Source: Moniliella sp. 'wahieum'
Taxonomy: Eukaryota
Assembly: GCA_003971905.1 (NCBI GenBank)
Contig: RSEE01000008.1
Coordinates: 62,001-126,000 of the forward strand
Direction: 5' to 3'
DNA: 64,000 nucleotides
Shown: piece by piece, positions 1 to 11,565 of the stretch
How positions within the stretch are numbered: position 1 is the first letter of the stretch
Layout: each line of letters begins with the position of its first letter
The notes under the pieces: generated by a model
Databases searched by the model: none
Told to the model about the DNA's origin: nothing
What the model saw: the letters and a program-made list of their open reading frames with translations, nothing else
Program-made: the position numbers and the translations under genes

Positions 1-440
1 AGTGTTCTTGCACAGTACCCACCTTGAGCTTGAAGACCATTGCGAACGACTGAACAGTGCGGGCGGAGACGAGCGAAGCGGAAAGAAGGCAGGAAAAAGG
101 GAAAGAGAGGGGAAGGAGGTCAGATGGAAGAAGAGCAAATGCGACCGTCCGCTTCGCCAGCCTCAGGCCTCACCGTCGACGCCCGCCCCGCCTGCGCTCC
201 TTTCGTTCGCCAGCTCTGCTCCTCACCTTCCTTGCTTCCGCCTGGCTTTGCGCAATCGATATTCAATCTTCAATAGTCCCTCGCTTGGGCCTTGTGGGAA
301 GACAGGATATCTCCGAAATTGCATCATTGCACATCCGGCGGTACCTTCCCCGCACAACCCTACTTTGTTGGAATGAAATTGAAATAGAATTGGTAAACTG
401 CACGAGGGCCCTTTCTTACCAACAAAGAAATGGAGAGGAG

Positions 441-478
441 TCACTAGTCACTAGTCACTAGTCACTAGTCAAGCTTGA
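441..478. repeat. 7-bp TCA/TGA-N4 array: (TCACTAG)x4-TCA-AGCT-TGA
   Basis: Read directly; the spacer changes from CTAG to AGCT in register. Confidence 0.95.
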
Positions 479-492
479 AGAGACAAAAAAAT

Positions 493-791
493 ATGGTGCG
501 TGGTCGTGTAATGCTTGAACAAGCAGAATGCGACAAGAACGCCAAGTACCAGGGACGCACTCAAGAACCGTTTTTCCCCTGGTTTTGACGACGCGAGGAT
601 ACTACGGCACCAAGACGGCGGGCAAGTTGTTTGCGCATTGGAAGGAGTTGGCTACTAAATCTCAGTGGAAATGGTTCCTCGCTCGGATGTCAACCACGTT
701 CCTCCGTGTCCACACGCGCTTCCTCGGGTACGGGAACGGATGGCGAGAACCGGAGGGTCTCGCTATCCTGGCGATCCCGCTGGTTCCTTAA
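493..791 (+). mobile_element. 3'-terminal fragment of a CRE/MoTeR-like non-LTR retrotransposon (restriction-like endonuclease C-terminus), degenerate
   Basis: Across one frameshift (~579) it reads MLEQAECDKNAKYQGRTQEPFFP/LVLTTRGYYGTKTAGKLFAHWKELATKSQWKWFLARMS. This resembles the 'E..K..KY....F.PLV.(S/T)..G' tail of REL-endonuclease (CRE-clade) elements. No RT domain is visible upstream, which fits 5' truncation. Confidence 0.5.
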
Positions 792-1913
792 TCTTGGTGG
801 CGCTTCCAAGTAACCCCCGCAAGATGAACGGTTAGGTTTAGACCAGCGTTCCCCCTGTCCCAGCCTTAAGCTCTGTCAATGAAATGGACGTAGTAGTAGA
901 CGCGCTCTTCTCGTACAAAGTCGGCAAGGCAAAATCGACTCAGGCAAGTTAGTAAACTGCCCATCTTATCGTTCCGGAGTATACCTGACAAGGTGGTGTT
1001 GTTGGTCTCAGATCATGATCTCCACCCTAAGGGATATGATGTCGATGATGGAAAGGGAAAAAACCATCACTGGGCCCCCGCTCAAAAGTGGCGCCCTCTC
1101 CCCCCTCTCCCTCCACACGCGAGGGGCCAGGCTGGAAAGCCACACAACACAGCCTTTCATTCTCGCCACACATCTGTGCGCTTGTAACATGTAAGGGGGG
1201 ATAGGTCTGAGAAGGGCGTGCAATGAGCGCTGAACGCCCCATCGCCATCTCCACACTCCTCACGACTGTAGCCTTTAGTCTGCCCCGTCACTATGGCCCA
1301 ATCATTCTTCCCAAACAAAAAGGCGGGCAGCGATGGCGATCTGACCGTGAGAAACGCATGCAACAGGATGGAGGAATACAGCGGCGTGACGATGTACTGG
1401 CCCACCAGACCGGTATGAGGTTGAGGTCCATCTCCACGGAGCAGCAGCGTTTTCATATATATATATATCTTTCACCTAAGCTTTCCTAGCTCTCTGGGGG
1501 CTCATTAACCCTCTTCGGTCGTCCGAGACTCCTCGTGTGTTGGTTTCCGAGAGGACAGGGAGAGGCGTCCCCGGCCGTAGGAGAAACTCCGTGTGGCGTC
1601 CATTACACGGACCCCGAGGGACGAAATAGTACACCCGAGGTCATCGAACGTGCGTGTGCGGATTTGTACCAGCCTATTATACCGGCTCCGTGCAATGCTG
1701 TAGAGAATAGGGTGCCAGCCGCCCAGAATAGGCACTGGTGGGGGAAGTACAGGGTCTAAACTCAAAATGATTAATTAGGAAAGAAGGTTCGAAGGACTTT
1801 CATTAATCATTACTGAAAACGTACTAGATTATAGGACCTACATAGTATACTCAGTATGCAGGACTCAGTATTCATTATGAAGGGCACTCAGTACACTCAG
1901 TACTCGCCTATCA

Positions 1914-1957
1914 TCAGGCCTGAGCCTCAGGCCTCACATGTCACATGTCACATGTCA
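1914..1957. repeat. 7-bp TCA/TGA-N4 array (GGCC then CATG spacers)
   Basis: TCA GGCC TGA GCC TCA GGCC TCA CATG TCA CATG TCA CATG TCA. Confidence 0.9.
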
Positions 1958-1976
1958 CAGGACATGCTCCAACTGT

Positions 1977-2028
1977 GCAAAACATCTGCGCAAAACATCT
2001 GCGCAAAACATCTGCGCAAAACATCTGC
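1977..2028. repeat. 13-bp tandem repeat (GCAAAACATCTGC)x4
   Basis: Four exact copies read directly. Confidence 0.95.
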
Positions 2029-2828
2029 ATGCTATCAAGGATGTGCACTATAGTACACACTCTTTTGCTGGTGACTGTGTGAGTGACTACTTCTGGGGAG
2101 TAACCGGTAACCGCAGTTCCCGGCAGAGGCAGTGTGGCTACTCCCTGCTCCCTCCTACTCACTGGTGCCGAGCGGGTGGCGACGGGAGAAGTTCAAGAGA
2201 CACTAATGATTAAAGACGCGAGACAAACAACACACTCTGCAGCGTTGTGTTTGCGGCTGCAATGGTGGGTGCAAGCCGTCCATCATCAAGCTAAGGCTGG
2301 CCAAGGTGCGGGGAAGGGACGGGGTTAGTGTCGCCCTCGGCAGTGCTGGTTCTGCGGCCTGGTGCGGATGCCACTTGTCACGTGACTACAGAGGGCGCTC
2401 GAGTGGTTAGCGCCTAGCCGTGGCTAGCCTGGCTGCCCCCCCCCCCCCCCCCGGCTCGCCCGCCCTGTCCCCGCCGCCCGAAGCGTCTACCACCGTCACC
2501 CCTACTCCCTCTTTTCCTACCACCACCACCTCCTATTCAGCCCCCCCCCCACAGTATTCCACCCCTCTTGGGCCACAGTGGATTCCCATTCCAAAAGCTT
2601 TGGGGGTGTATATATACTCTTCTTTCTCTCTGTGCAAGTCACGCCCCACCCATATCCCTACGCGCGAATCGCTGCACAGCACCTATCCCTTGTTCCTCGG
2701 CAACGCCTCTCCCGCCCTCTGCGTGGCAACCCCACTCACCCTTGGCCTTTTCAACTCCCCAGCCCCGGTCTCCTTCAAATAATAAGACCAACATATATTT
2801 CGTTCCCCCCCCCACGTCAACACGCCAC

Positions 2829-4392
2829 ATGATGTCTGCCCAGCACGGCCGCTGCAGTCTCAGCCAGACACCCTATGTGCCTATAGGAAACGATACAGGC
2901 CCCCTCACAGTGATGTGCATTACATCCACCAACGTCGCCTAGGTGCCGGTTATTTCGGAACGGTCTCTCTATCCAAGCGCTCGTCTGACCACGCTCTGGT
3001 GGCAATCAAGATCGTCCGGCTCAATGGGCACAAAGGCGGCCTACCGAGCAACATGGTTCGGCCGCAGCTGAAGGCGGAAATCCGTGCACTTTCTGCCCTC
3101 GCCCCGCACGATAACATTATTGGCCTCAAAGCGACTTGGTTCAACTCTGTTCAAAAGTAAGCTTGACCTTCCTTTTCCCCCATTCCCTATAGGGACGGAC
3201 TGAGTGAGACAATGGTTCCTTCGTATGGCCGCTTCGCCTGCTCCTCTCACGTGTATCCCCGTCGAGATGCTAACCAATTTGATTCAGCGCTTGCGCCCTT
3301 GTGTTTGACTATGTTCCAGGTGGATCTCTGGGCGACCTTATTGCTAAACACCGAGACACCAGGAACGGGAACACCCATCGGGATTGGATAGCAGCTTGGT
3401 GCAATCGTTGATGCACCAGCTACTGCGCGCCATTGACGCTTGCCACAATTACACGGACCCGATACTGGCAAACAGAGTACCATCGTTCACTGTTACCTCA
3501 AGCCCGCGAGTATACTTCTGGACGAGCGGATGCGACTCAAACTCGCCGACTTTGGTCTGAACCGCTCCTACCCCCGCGGTAGAGGAGGTGCCAGAGTCTA
3601 GGTGGCCCGCTGCATTACCTCGCCCCCGAGTTGATCGGCTTCAACCTGAGGAGCGCATCGTGTGTCCGGCGACGGACATGTATGCGATCGGGTGCATCTT
3701 GTACGAAATGTGCACCCTTACAACACTATTCTCCCCCATCCGAGCGGCGGGAACTCCGTGTGCAGTGGCTCGCCCAAAGGAACTACAACCCGACCTTGCC
3801 CCCAGGCTACCCGGCCTGGCTGACAAAGGTGGTGCAACAGCTGGTCAGCAAACAAGCAAGTGACCGTCCCAGTGCGCGCCTGCTGTTGGCATGGGCCAGA
3901 TGACGGTCAGGGCACAATCTACCTCCGAGGCTCAAGGAATGATTCCCAGGTCGGACATGCGCTTGCTTAATCCTGATATGACCAAAGGAGCATCGTCCAA
4001 GGCCAGCACCAGCCCCCCGACGAAGAACAGCAGTTCCAATTGTCCAACGACCGTTTCGCCCCACGTCGTGGACTCAATGATCTTGTACAAAAAGTCCAAC
4101 ACAGCCCTGTCGAATGAGTTAGGAAGGCATATCATGGACGGCCTCAACTCTGAGGCGGAATTGAAGGAACTGGAGAAGCAGGGCGAGGAACTGGACACGT
4201 GGTTCACGCACTCTGATGCCCAAGCTCGGAATCATGAGGTGGGGAAAAGGTCAATGCGACGTTGTACGATCAAGGGGCCAAGGGTGCGGAGGTGCTGATC
4301 TGGGAAGAGGAGCTTGAGAAGATGATGCCCCGGGTGGCATCGTGCGAAGATCAAGTGCAGGGAACGAATTGGTCATACCTAACCCCAACTAG
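2829..4392 (+). pseudogene. NIMA/NEK-like protein kinase paralog 1, degenerate (pseudokinase or pseudogene) with C-terminal coiled coil
   Basis: Motifs LGAGYFGTV (Gly loop), VAIK, HDNII, intron (GTAAGC ~3157 to TTCAG ~3287), HCYLKPASILL (HRD Asp replaced by Tyr, Asn by Ser), KLADFG, YLAPE, TDMYAIGCILYEMCTL, RPSA. Several frameshifts. Confidence 0.8.
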
Positions 4393-4663
4393 ACTGACGG
4401 TCTCCGTCTATCCCTTCCCCCTTTGTGGGTTGTTTATATCGGTTTTGTCCCCTGTGATGATCACCATTAGAGTATTTTGTCATCATTCACACGCCTCTTT
4501 CCCAACCCATGACTTTGGCAAGCATCCTTTTTCAGTAACAACGGCAACAGTACTGTTCTTATTCTTATCCATAACCTTTGTCCCTTGAAGAATCAATCTG
4601 GCCCAGTCCGACTGAACTATCCCGCACTAAAAAGGTAGAACAGAGAGGTAGAAAATAAAAAAG

Positions 4664-4758
4664 TGACTTCGCCCGGGATCGAACCGAGGACCTTATCCGT
4701 TAACTTGGGCACTAAGCCAGTGTTAAGGATACGTGATAACCAACTACACCACGATGCC
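4664..4758 (-). tRNA. tRNA-Val(AAC) with 21-nt intron
   Basis: Reverse complement: GGCATCGTGGTGTAGTTGGTTATCACGTATCCTTAACA[CTGGCTTAGTGCCCAAGTTAA]CGGATAAGGTCCTCGGTTCGATCCCGGGCGAAGTCA followed by a T6 Pol III terminator. Confidence 0.95.
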
Positions 4759-5102
4759 ATTTGCTTTGCTTTCTTCAACATACATCTACCCCATATACCA
4801 CGTACCCGCCGTCTCAAAGGATGGGATGAGCGATGTCAGTTGTTTTTCGTCCTTTCGTCCTCTCCAGCCCGCCTAAACTCTAACAGAGAATTCAATCCAT
4901 GTGCCGGGGCCCCATAGGCCGTCCATATTTGAGATCTGGGATCTGATCGTTTGCGGATCTGGACCGGTCATTTGCCAAGATGGTCGATAGTATGGTGAGC
5001 CACCAACCCCTTCCCTTGCATGATGTTTTGGCTGTATTGGTTGTGGTATAGGAATGATTAATGAGCGAGCTTTTTTGGGTGGTTCTGTACGCGGCCTGTA
5101 AC

Positions 5103-5954
5103 TGTCACGGGCTGCGGCGGACCCAAGATGGTCCGACCCAAGCTAAGGCCCGCCTGCTCCGCACATGCCCAGTAGAGCGTGCACCGCAGGCCAACCAAGT
5201 GTGATGACGGTTGGCTAAATTAAGGACCGTGGCCCGAAGGGTCATGCTCCGTGCGACAACAGTCGCCCCCGCCCAAGTCCAAGTCGGCCGGCCTAAATAA
5301 GGCCACCGAGCTTCCAGTGCCATGGCGACGACTGTCGCCCCGTCCCCGTTTCCTTTTCCTTTCTCGGTCGCGCCTGCGGCGACCAACCCCGCTTTTGACA
5401 TGTCTTCCTTTCTACACCCCCTCTTGTATCCGTTTCCCTTTTGATCCTGCCTGTACCCCTGGTTGATGGGGATCTTTTCCCCCACCTTCCATTCTCGTCA
5501 TCCTCTCGTCTCACCCTCCATTTCGTCCCTTTCCCGCCTATCCTGTCCGACTCCTGCCCGTTTTCCAGCCAATTGATCCAGTACCGGCAGCTCCTCTTGT
5601 TAGCGTCCGACATCTCCTCCGACCTCGTCCTCCAGCCCTTCGTCAGTCCAATCGCGCGAGCCCTCCTTCGGTCGCGGCGATTCCCAGTCTCAGTTGAGGC
5701 AGTGTTTGTCCCCCTCTGTCTCCTCCCGTCCCTAAGTCCCGAAGGCTTCAGACACGTTACTACGGCCCAAGCCGGTGCAGACGCAGCCTTGCCACACGTG
5801 CAGCCGCCCCACCAAAGGTCTCTCCTCGTCCCTAGCTCCGCTCGGACACACAACCAGCCTAATCCCGAAACTACCGTGAGTCGACCTACCGTCGCCTAAG
5901 GGATTACCCCAAAAAACCCCAGGGCGGGCCCCCTGGCGGCGCCCGCCCGTGACA
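5103..5954. mobile_element. Solo LTR (852 bp) with 10-bp terminal inverted repeat and 5-bp TSD
   Basis: Starts TGTCACGGGC (5103-5112) and ends GCCCGTGACA (5945-5954); flanked by direct repeat GTAAC (5098-5102 and 5955-5959); TG...CA ends; homologous to 7928-8880. Confidence 0.9.
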
Positions 5955-6431
5955 GTAACATCGGAGTGCACAATGGTGTGCTATAATGAAGGGACGAGAT
6001 GCAGGCTCCTGGTCCGAGAAGAAAAGAATTCACGTACAGTGTGGCACACGGACGACACAGACACAGACACAGATACAGATGTGTTAAGAGTACTAGCAGG
6101 TGCTGATTGTTTGGATATAGGACACGAAAAGGAGGGACAGCAACACGGTAAGGGTAAGGAGGGTAAGGAACGATGTAGGAAAGAAGGATAAAACTCGATG
6201 AAGAATGGATCGAGGGAAATGGAAGAGTGAGAGTGTGAGAGGTTCGGCTCATCTCCTTTTACGACATGTGAAGACTGCGAACAAAGAGAGCGAAAAGGCG
6301 GGGGGGGGCATAACCAACAAACCCATCAGCCAAGGCAGAGTCAAAATCGTCCAAACCACAACCATCGAGGGGCAAGAGAAAGATGAGAGCGAGTGAACCA
6401 TTCGGAACGTATCAGCGTCAGTACAGAGTCG

Positions 6432-7452
6432 CTAGACATGTCGGATGGAGAAGGAAAAGTGTGAATCACTGCCACGAGCACGTACAATTTGTATGCTGGG
6501 TACGAGAGAAAGTGCGTACCAGAGGTACGCGCCGTTCATGACGGCGTTGCAAATGATGGCAATAAACACACCCAAGTGTAAGCGCTGACCCCGATCATCA
6601 CAAATGCAGTGAGCATGAAGATGGAAGGACAATCCGGACCGGTTTGAACATGATCTTCAGCTGGTCTACGTACTGCGGACCCAGCCACGGAACAGAACGT
6701 TGGTGCAGGAAAGATCAGAGCAGTGTTAGTATTTGGTGCCAATAAAAGGTAATTAGGGTTCGAAAAAGAGGAAAGGGGGGGTTGGGTGTTTGCTTACGTC
6801 CATCAAGAATCCGGATCCACAAAGAGCAAACGGAGCCTATTGGGTAAAAAACGTCAAACACCGGCTCGTATCTCGTGTCAAACAGATACAGCACGGCTGC
6901 CGCCATGGACACCTCGATCCCACAAGGAAACTGTGTCAAAACGCCAGTTAGGTCAGGACATCAGAAACCAGTATACTTGGATCGTTAGAGCCTCAGCAGA
7001 GGCGACAAGAAAGCGAGAGACGTACCATGCGGCAAAACAAGCTATTTGCTGTGGTCGACTCAACCCCATCGCTGGGGAGAGAAGAGAAGGGAAACGCGAG
7101 AGGGGCGAGAAAGGGATGGGCTTGCGACATCAGAGTCGACCTCAAAGGTATCGGACCAAAGGGAAGGCGAGGGGGAGAGCGGGGGGGAGGACTTGGTGCT
7201 GATGCAGTTCTTGCTGGATCGGACGCTGGCGTCAGATGCGTCGGATGCGCACACGCTTCCCGAATCGTCGTCGCGGAGGTAATGGTAGGCCAAGGACTGC
7301 GTCCAGGGCAAGGCGGTATCAGCGGTGCGGGATGTGCTGGCGAACGACCCTGTAAAGGTGTGGAACCATGATGCGGATTTGTGATGGAGGTAGATTGGGG
7401 CGTCGTTGTCGACCACATCGGATTGGGACGCGAGCGCGTCTTGGGGACGCAT
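6432..7452 (-). CDS. Got1/Sft2-family vesicle transport membrane protein (multi-exon, divergent, ends uncertain)
   Basis: Exons assembled across GTACGT/GTAAGC introns give VFDVFYPIGSVCSL..GSGFLM..YVDQLKIMFKPVRIV..FMLTAFVMIGVSAY..LGVFIAIICNAVMNGAYLWYALSLVP, matching the 'GFL.G...QLK.MF.P.R ... WY.LS.IP' Sft2-like signature. Confidence 0.6.
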
Positions 7453-7808
7453 GCGGTTGCTGGGATCCCTATGGTGGAGGGGAAGGAGGGAAGGAGCAGA
7501 GAGTGTAAACGTGTAAACGCAGTGCGAAGGTAATATAGCTAGTTGTCTTCCTCGTGCAGGCGGGGGCATGTGACATGCCCCCGGCCACGTGACAACTTAT
7601 TTCCTTTTTTACTGCCTCTGTTGGTACTTAGTACTTAGTACATAGTACGCTGTCTGTCGATCCGCTCGATTTCATGCAGCGCTCCGAATCCAGAGCTTGG
7701 CGCTTGGTGGATGATCCGCTTGATCCATTTGATGAACTTGTCCACAGTCGACCCGCCGGCCGGCGCACCAATTCACAGCTGCATTCCAGAGACGGGACCA
7801 GGTCGTCT

Positions 7809-7850
7809 TGAACCTTGAAGCTTGAAGCTTGACGCGTGACGCGCGTGACG
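7809..7850. repeat. 7-bp TGA-N4 array (ACCT, AGCT, AGCT, CGCG spacers)
   Basis: TGA ACCT TGA AGCT TGA AGCT TGA CGCG TGA. Confidence 0.9.
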
Positions 7851-7927
7851 CTTGTTCCGAACACGCCGGACGCAGCTCTGACTTACAGTGCTGTGGCTGG
7901 CCAGCGAAATGGCGCGGGGCCTGGCAA

Positions 7928-8880
7928 GTCCACGGCTGTTGATGACGTTGATGTCGTTGGACATGATGCATGAGATGGTCCGATCCAAGCCAAGCCCGCC
8001 CGCTGCGCTGCACATGCCCAATGGAGCGTGCTCCGCAGTCCAACCAAGTGTGACATGCATGACATGTGAATGTGATGATGGTTGGTTAACTTTAAATTAG
8101 GTACGGTGGCCCGAGGGGCCATGCACGACAAGAGTCGCCCCCCGCCCGGCAGTCGGCCCAAACCCGAGCGGAACTAGCGGAGCTAGCCGCTGGGTGGAAG
8201 TGGCTGGGAGCTTTTTGGCACACCGCACTAGTGTCCCAACAGACGACCGTCGCCTATCCCCGCTTCCGTTCCTTCTTGGTCGCGCGCCTGTAGCGACCAA
8301 CCCCTCTTTTGACGTGTCTTCCTTTCTATAACCCCCTCTTGTATCCGTTTTCCCTATTAATCTTGCCTGTACCTCTGCTTGATGGGGATCCTCTCCCCCA
8401 CCTCTTCCATTCTCGTCTTCACTCTTGTCCTTGTCCACCCTCTCGTCCCCTCCCGCCTATCCTGTCCGACTCCTGCCCGTTTCCAGCCAATTGATTCAGT
8501 AAGGCAGCCTCCTCCCTTCTTAGCTCCCGACTCTTCCGATCTCGTCCTCCAGCACGTCATCGGTCCAGTCGCGCGAGCCCTCCTTCAGCCGCGTCGATTT
8601 CCCTCTATCCGGTCTCAGTTAGGCAGTGTTTGTCCACCGCTGCTCCTCCCGTCCCTAAGTCCCGGAGGCTTCAGACACGTTACTACGACCCAAGCCGGTT
8701 CAGACACAGCCTTGCACGCGTGCAGCCGCCGCACCAAAGGCCTCTCCTCGTCCCTATTAGCTCCGCTCGGATCCACCAACTGCCTACGCCCGAAACTACC
8801 GTGAGTCGGCCTACCGTTTCCTAAGGGATCGTACCCCCCCAAACCCGGGCGAGCCCCCTGGCGGGGCCCGCCCCGGGGCA
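7928..8880. mobile_element. Diverged second copy of the LTR at 5103-5954 (same orientation)
   Basis: Colinear similarity throughout (AGATGGTCCGA.CCAAGC, GCACATGCCCA, CCAACCAAGTGTGA, CCTATCCTGTCCGACTCCTGCCCG, GGCTTCAGACACGTTACTACG, CCCGAAACTACCGTGAGTCG, CCCCCTGGCGG.GCCCGCCC); ends degenerate and no clean TSD. Confidence 0.85.
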
Positions 8881-9194
8881 AGGGCCGAAAGAGAAGTGTA
8901 AGACTCGATGCCTTGTTCGTATCAACTCAGTACTCAACATGGCTCATGCTTCAACCTGACTGTAGTAGCGGTTTTCGTTCGCCCAGCGCAAGGGAGAGAG
9001 ACGGGACATGTGAGGGTGACCAGTGAATGGGAATGGGAGTGCCGGTTAGAGTTATGAAGTGCCAAGCCACGCGTCAGTGACGCGCTTGGAGCGGCCGCGC
9101 AGTGGCCGTACTGGGTGACCTGCGCGGGGCCCTCGAACGAATTCTAGCATCGGCATCGGAAGCGCTCTGTCAGATCTCAAGAGTAAGATCACGA

Positions 9195-9245
9195 TCAAGC
9201 TGGAAGCTTCAAGCTTCAAGCTTCAAGCTTCAAACTTCAAGCTCA
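9195..9245. repeat. (TCAAGCT)n heptamer array
   Basis: TCA AGCT GGA AGCT TCA AGCT TCA AGCT TCA AGCT TCA AACT TCA. Confidence 0.9.
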
Positions 9246-9746
9246 AAGGCATCTGTCTACTGCAATTCAACTTCACCGGCCTCACCATTCAACCAGGTGC
9301 GCAAAAGGTGTACCATATCTACCACCACCAAGACAATGGACAGACGTTACACTGTGGCTTCAATCCATCCCCGTCTGCTGGATCCTAAAGATGCTACATT
9401 AAATTACACTCCTCGTCGTCCTATTAGCGCGTCGCCCCACGGACCAGACTCTGTTCAACGAGAAAGCAAGGAGAATGATAGTGGCGGGTGGCCCAGCTTT
9501 GTGTAGCAAAAAAAGAAGGAAGAGTTTGTGGCAAAGAATGGTTGCGATTGAGCCTCGTGCAAAGGCACTGCGTCAATGTGGGGGCAGGCCAAGTAAGAGT
9601 GGGTCGCGCATCTGCACCACAGATCAAGATTCAAGATTCAAGTACATCCGCATAACACCAAAGAGAAGAGAAAGAGGAAAAGAGAGAGAAATAGATCAGC
9701 GTTTCTTCCATTTGATCGCGTGCCACTCGGTCTTGGGCCTTACGCG

Positions 9747-11565
9747 TTACGGCAGCTCGCTCCATTTTGCAAACAAGGGACTACCCAAGCCGGACGGCAG
9801 GTCCCAGCCTGTCGTCGCGTTGAACGTGAGCCCAGGCTGGGGGCACCCACCCACGTCGCCCGAGGTAATGTCGCGCAACAGGTCTGGCTTGGCGTAGAAC
9901 GCCGGATTGACCCATCCCACCCGTGCCTTGCCCTCGAGTTTGCGCTGGTTGTTGAGCAAAGCAATCATACTGGCAAAGATGGGCGTCGCAGCACTTGTTC
10001 CGCCAATCAGTTGCAGCTCGTTATCAGTACCACCGTCAGGTTGAGCGACATGGCCGAGACGTCCGGGTAGGCACGGTTACTGGCATTGTAGTAGGATGAA
10101 TGGGCATAGTTAATCTGTTCCAAATACTTGGTGACGGATGCGTTCTACAGCAGTCCACATTTCATGTCAGTTCAAGGATCCGCGGTGACAGCCAACAACG
10201 ACCGGAGAGGGGTAGGGACGTGCCTGGTAAGCAGGGCGCTCAAAGAAGCCTGTGCTGGAGAACCCGGCTCCGCCAAAGAAGCCATCGGCCGAATTGCCGT
10301 TGACGACGACTTCGGGGAATCCCTGGGTGCCCCCGACCGATAGCACATAAGGACAGTCACCGGGCAGGGTCGGGTTGAACTTCCCATGGCAGGTCAAATT
10401 CTCATATGACTGCACCCCGTTCAGGCCATTATCGCCTGATCCGTACAGGACAGATGTACCCAAAGCAGTCATCTTTTGAATCGTGTTGCACAGTTGAACT
10501 GCATCAGCAGGCGAGTAAGACGACTCGTCGTCCACGTACGACGCAGTAATCACGCCGGGTCGACTGGTGTCATTGTAGTTGTCCAGGACCCAGTTGAAGG
10601 CCTGCAGGAACGGCTCGTTGGCAGATTGGTTGTCTGTGCCAAAGGAGAGAAACTGGGCATGAAGGGGAGCAATCAAGCCAGCAACCATGTCGACATCCAG
10701 CATTGCTTCGCCTCCGGGATTGTTAGGGTCGTTGGTCGAGTTGCCGGCTGAAATGATGGGAATGGTGTAGTTGGGGTAGTCGGTATAGTTTTTCATGTAG
10801 GTTGCCAGGTCGCTCGGCGAGACGTACTCGCCCAAAAACCCAAACACGAGCACATCCGTTTCCCCCTTTTGCGGAACAGGGGTAAAGTTACCCGCACCGT
10901 AATAGTGTTTGAGGCACTTGGTTGTCACCGCCGATGCATCGCACTCTGCGCCCCCAGCCTGAGCGGCAATCGCTGCGGGTTGTGCGTTGCCCTGCAGGTG
11001 AATGGGAGCCGAGGTACGCACGTTAGGGAACGAAGTAAAAGGGTGTACATTCACAATTGCTTCGTGCAGGATGCCGTCAGGAATCGAATATCCTTCCGCG
11101 GCACGAAGGATGGTGTGGCCCTGGGTAGTATGGGTGTAGGCCTGCAGCGAAGTGTTCCAGGCAGCATTGGCAGCAGCTACTGTGCTCTGCACCCGGAGTT
11201 CGTCCCCCCACTTGCTGGTGCTGATGTCCGATTCGTGCGTGCCATGGGCAAGCAGGTGGGCCTTGACAGCGGCAACGTGCTCTGGCTTGGGGCGTGTACT
11301 GTGCGAGCTCAGTCTCGGAGAGCCATGGGCCGCCATGGAGGGAGGTGGCCAGCATCTTGGCGTCCAGGCCGTCCTGGTTGCCCGGCGTGAGGGCAACGGT
11401 GTAGGTCAGCACGTGGTCCAGAGGCACGGGCGCCGAGTTGGCCGCATAGCTGTGGGCTGCTGGCGCGGCGGAAGCGACGGTGCGTGCGGCGGCGACGGGC
11501 GCAAGGGCCAGGCCCACGGCCAGGGCGGTGGCGGCGACGGGGGCGAGCGTAGCGGCAGGAAGCAT
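9747..11565 (-). CDS. Secreted sedolisin / tripeptidyl-peptidase (peptidase S53) with pro-domain
   Basis: Signal peptide MLPAATLAPVAATALAVGLALAPVAAA; GGEAMLDVD (catalytic E/D), SGDNG oxyanion Asp, CPYVLSVGGT, RAYPDVSA, GGTSAATP (catalytic Ser), DITSG, GWDLPSGLGSP; GC-AG intron 10145-10223; frameshifts near 11290 and 10025. Confidence 0.92.

Noticed and set aside
820..1770. Possible degraded gene with an intron-like segment (~1413-1489)
   Set aside because: Multiple stops in all frames and no recognisable family; left unannotated.
5103..8880. Full-length LTR retrotransposon formed by the two LTR copies
   Set aside because: The first LTR has its own TSD on both sides, the copies are clearly diverged, and the interior has no gag/pol, only an intron-containing Sft2-like gene.
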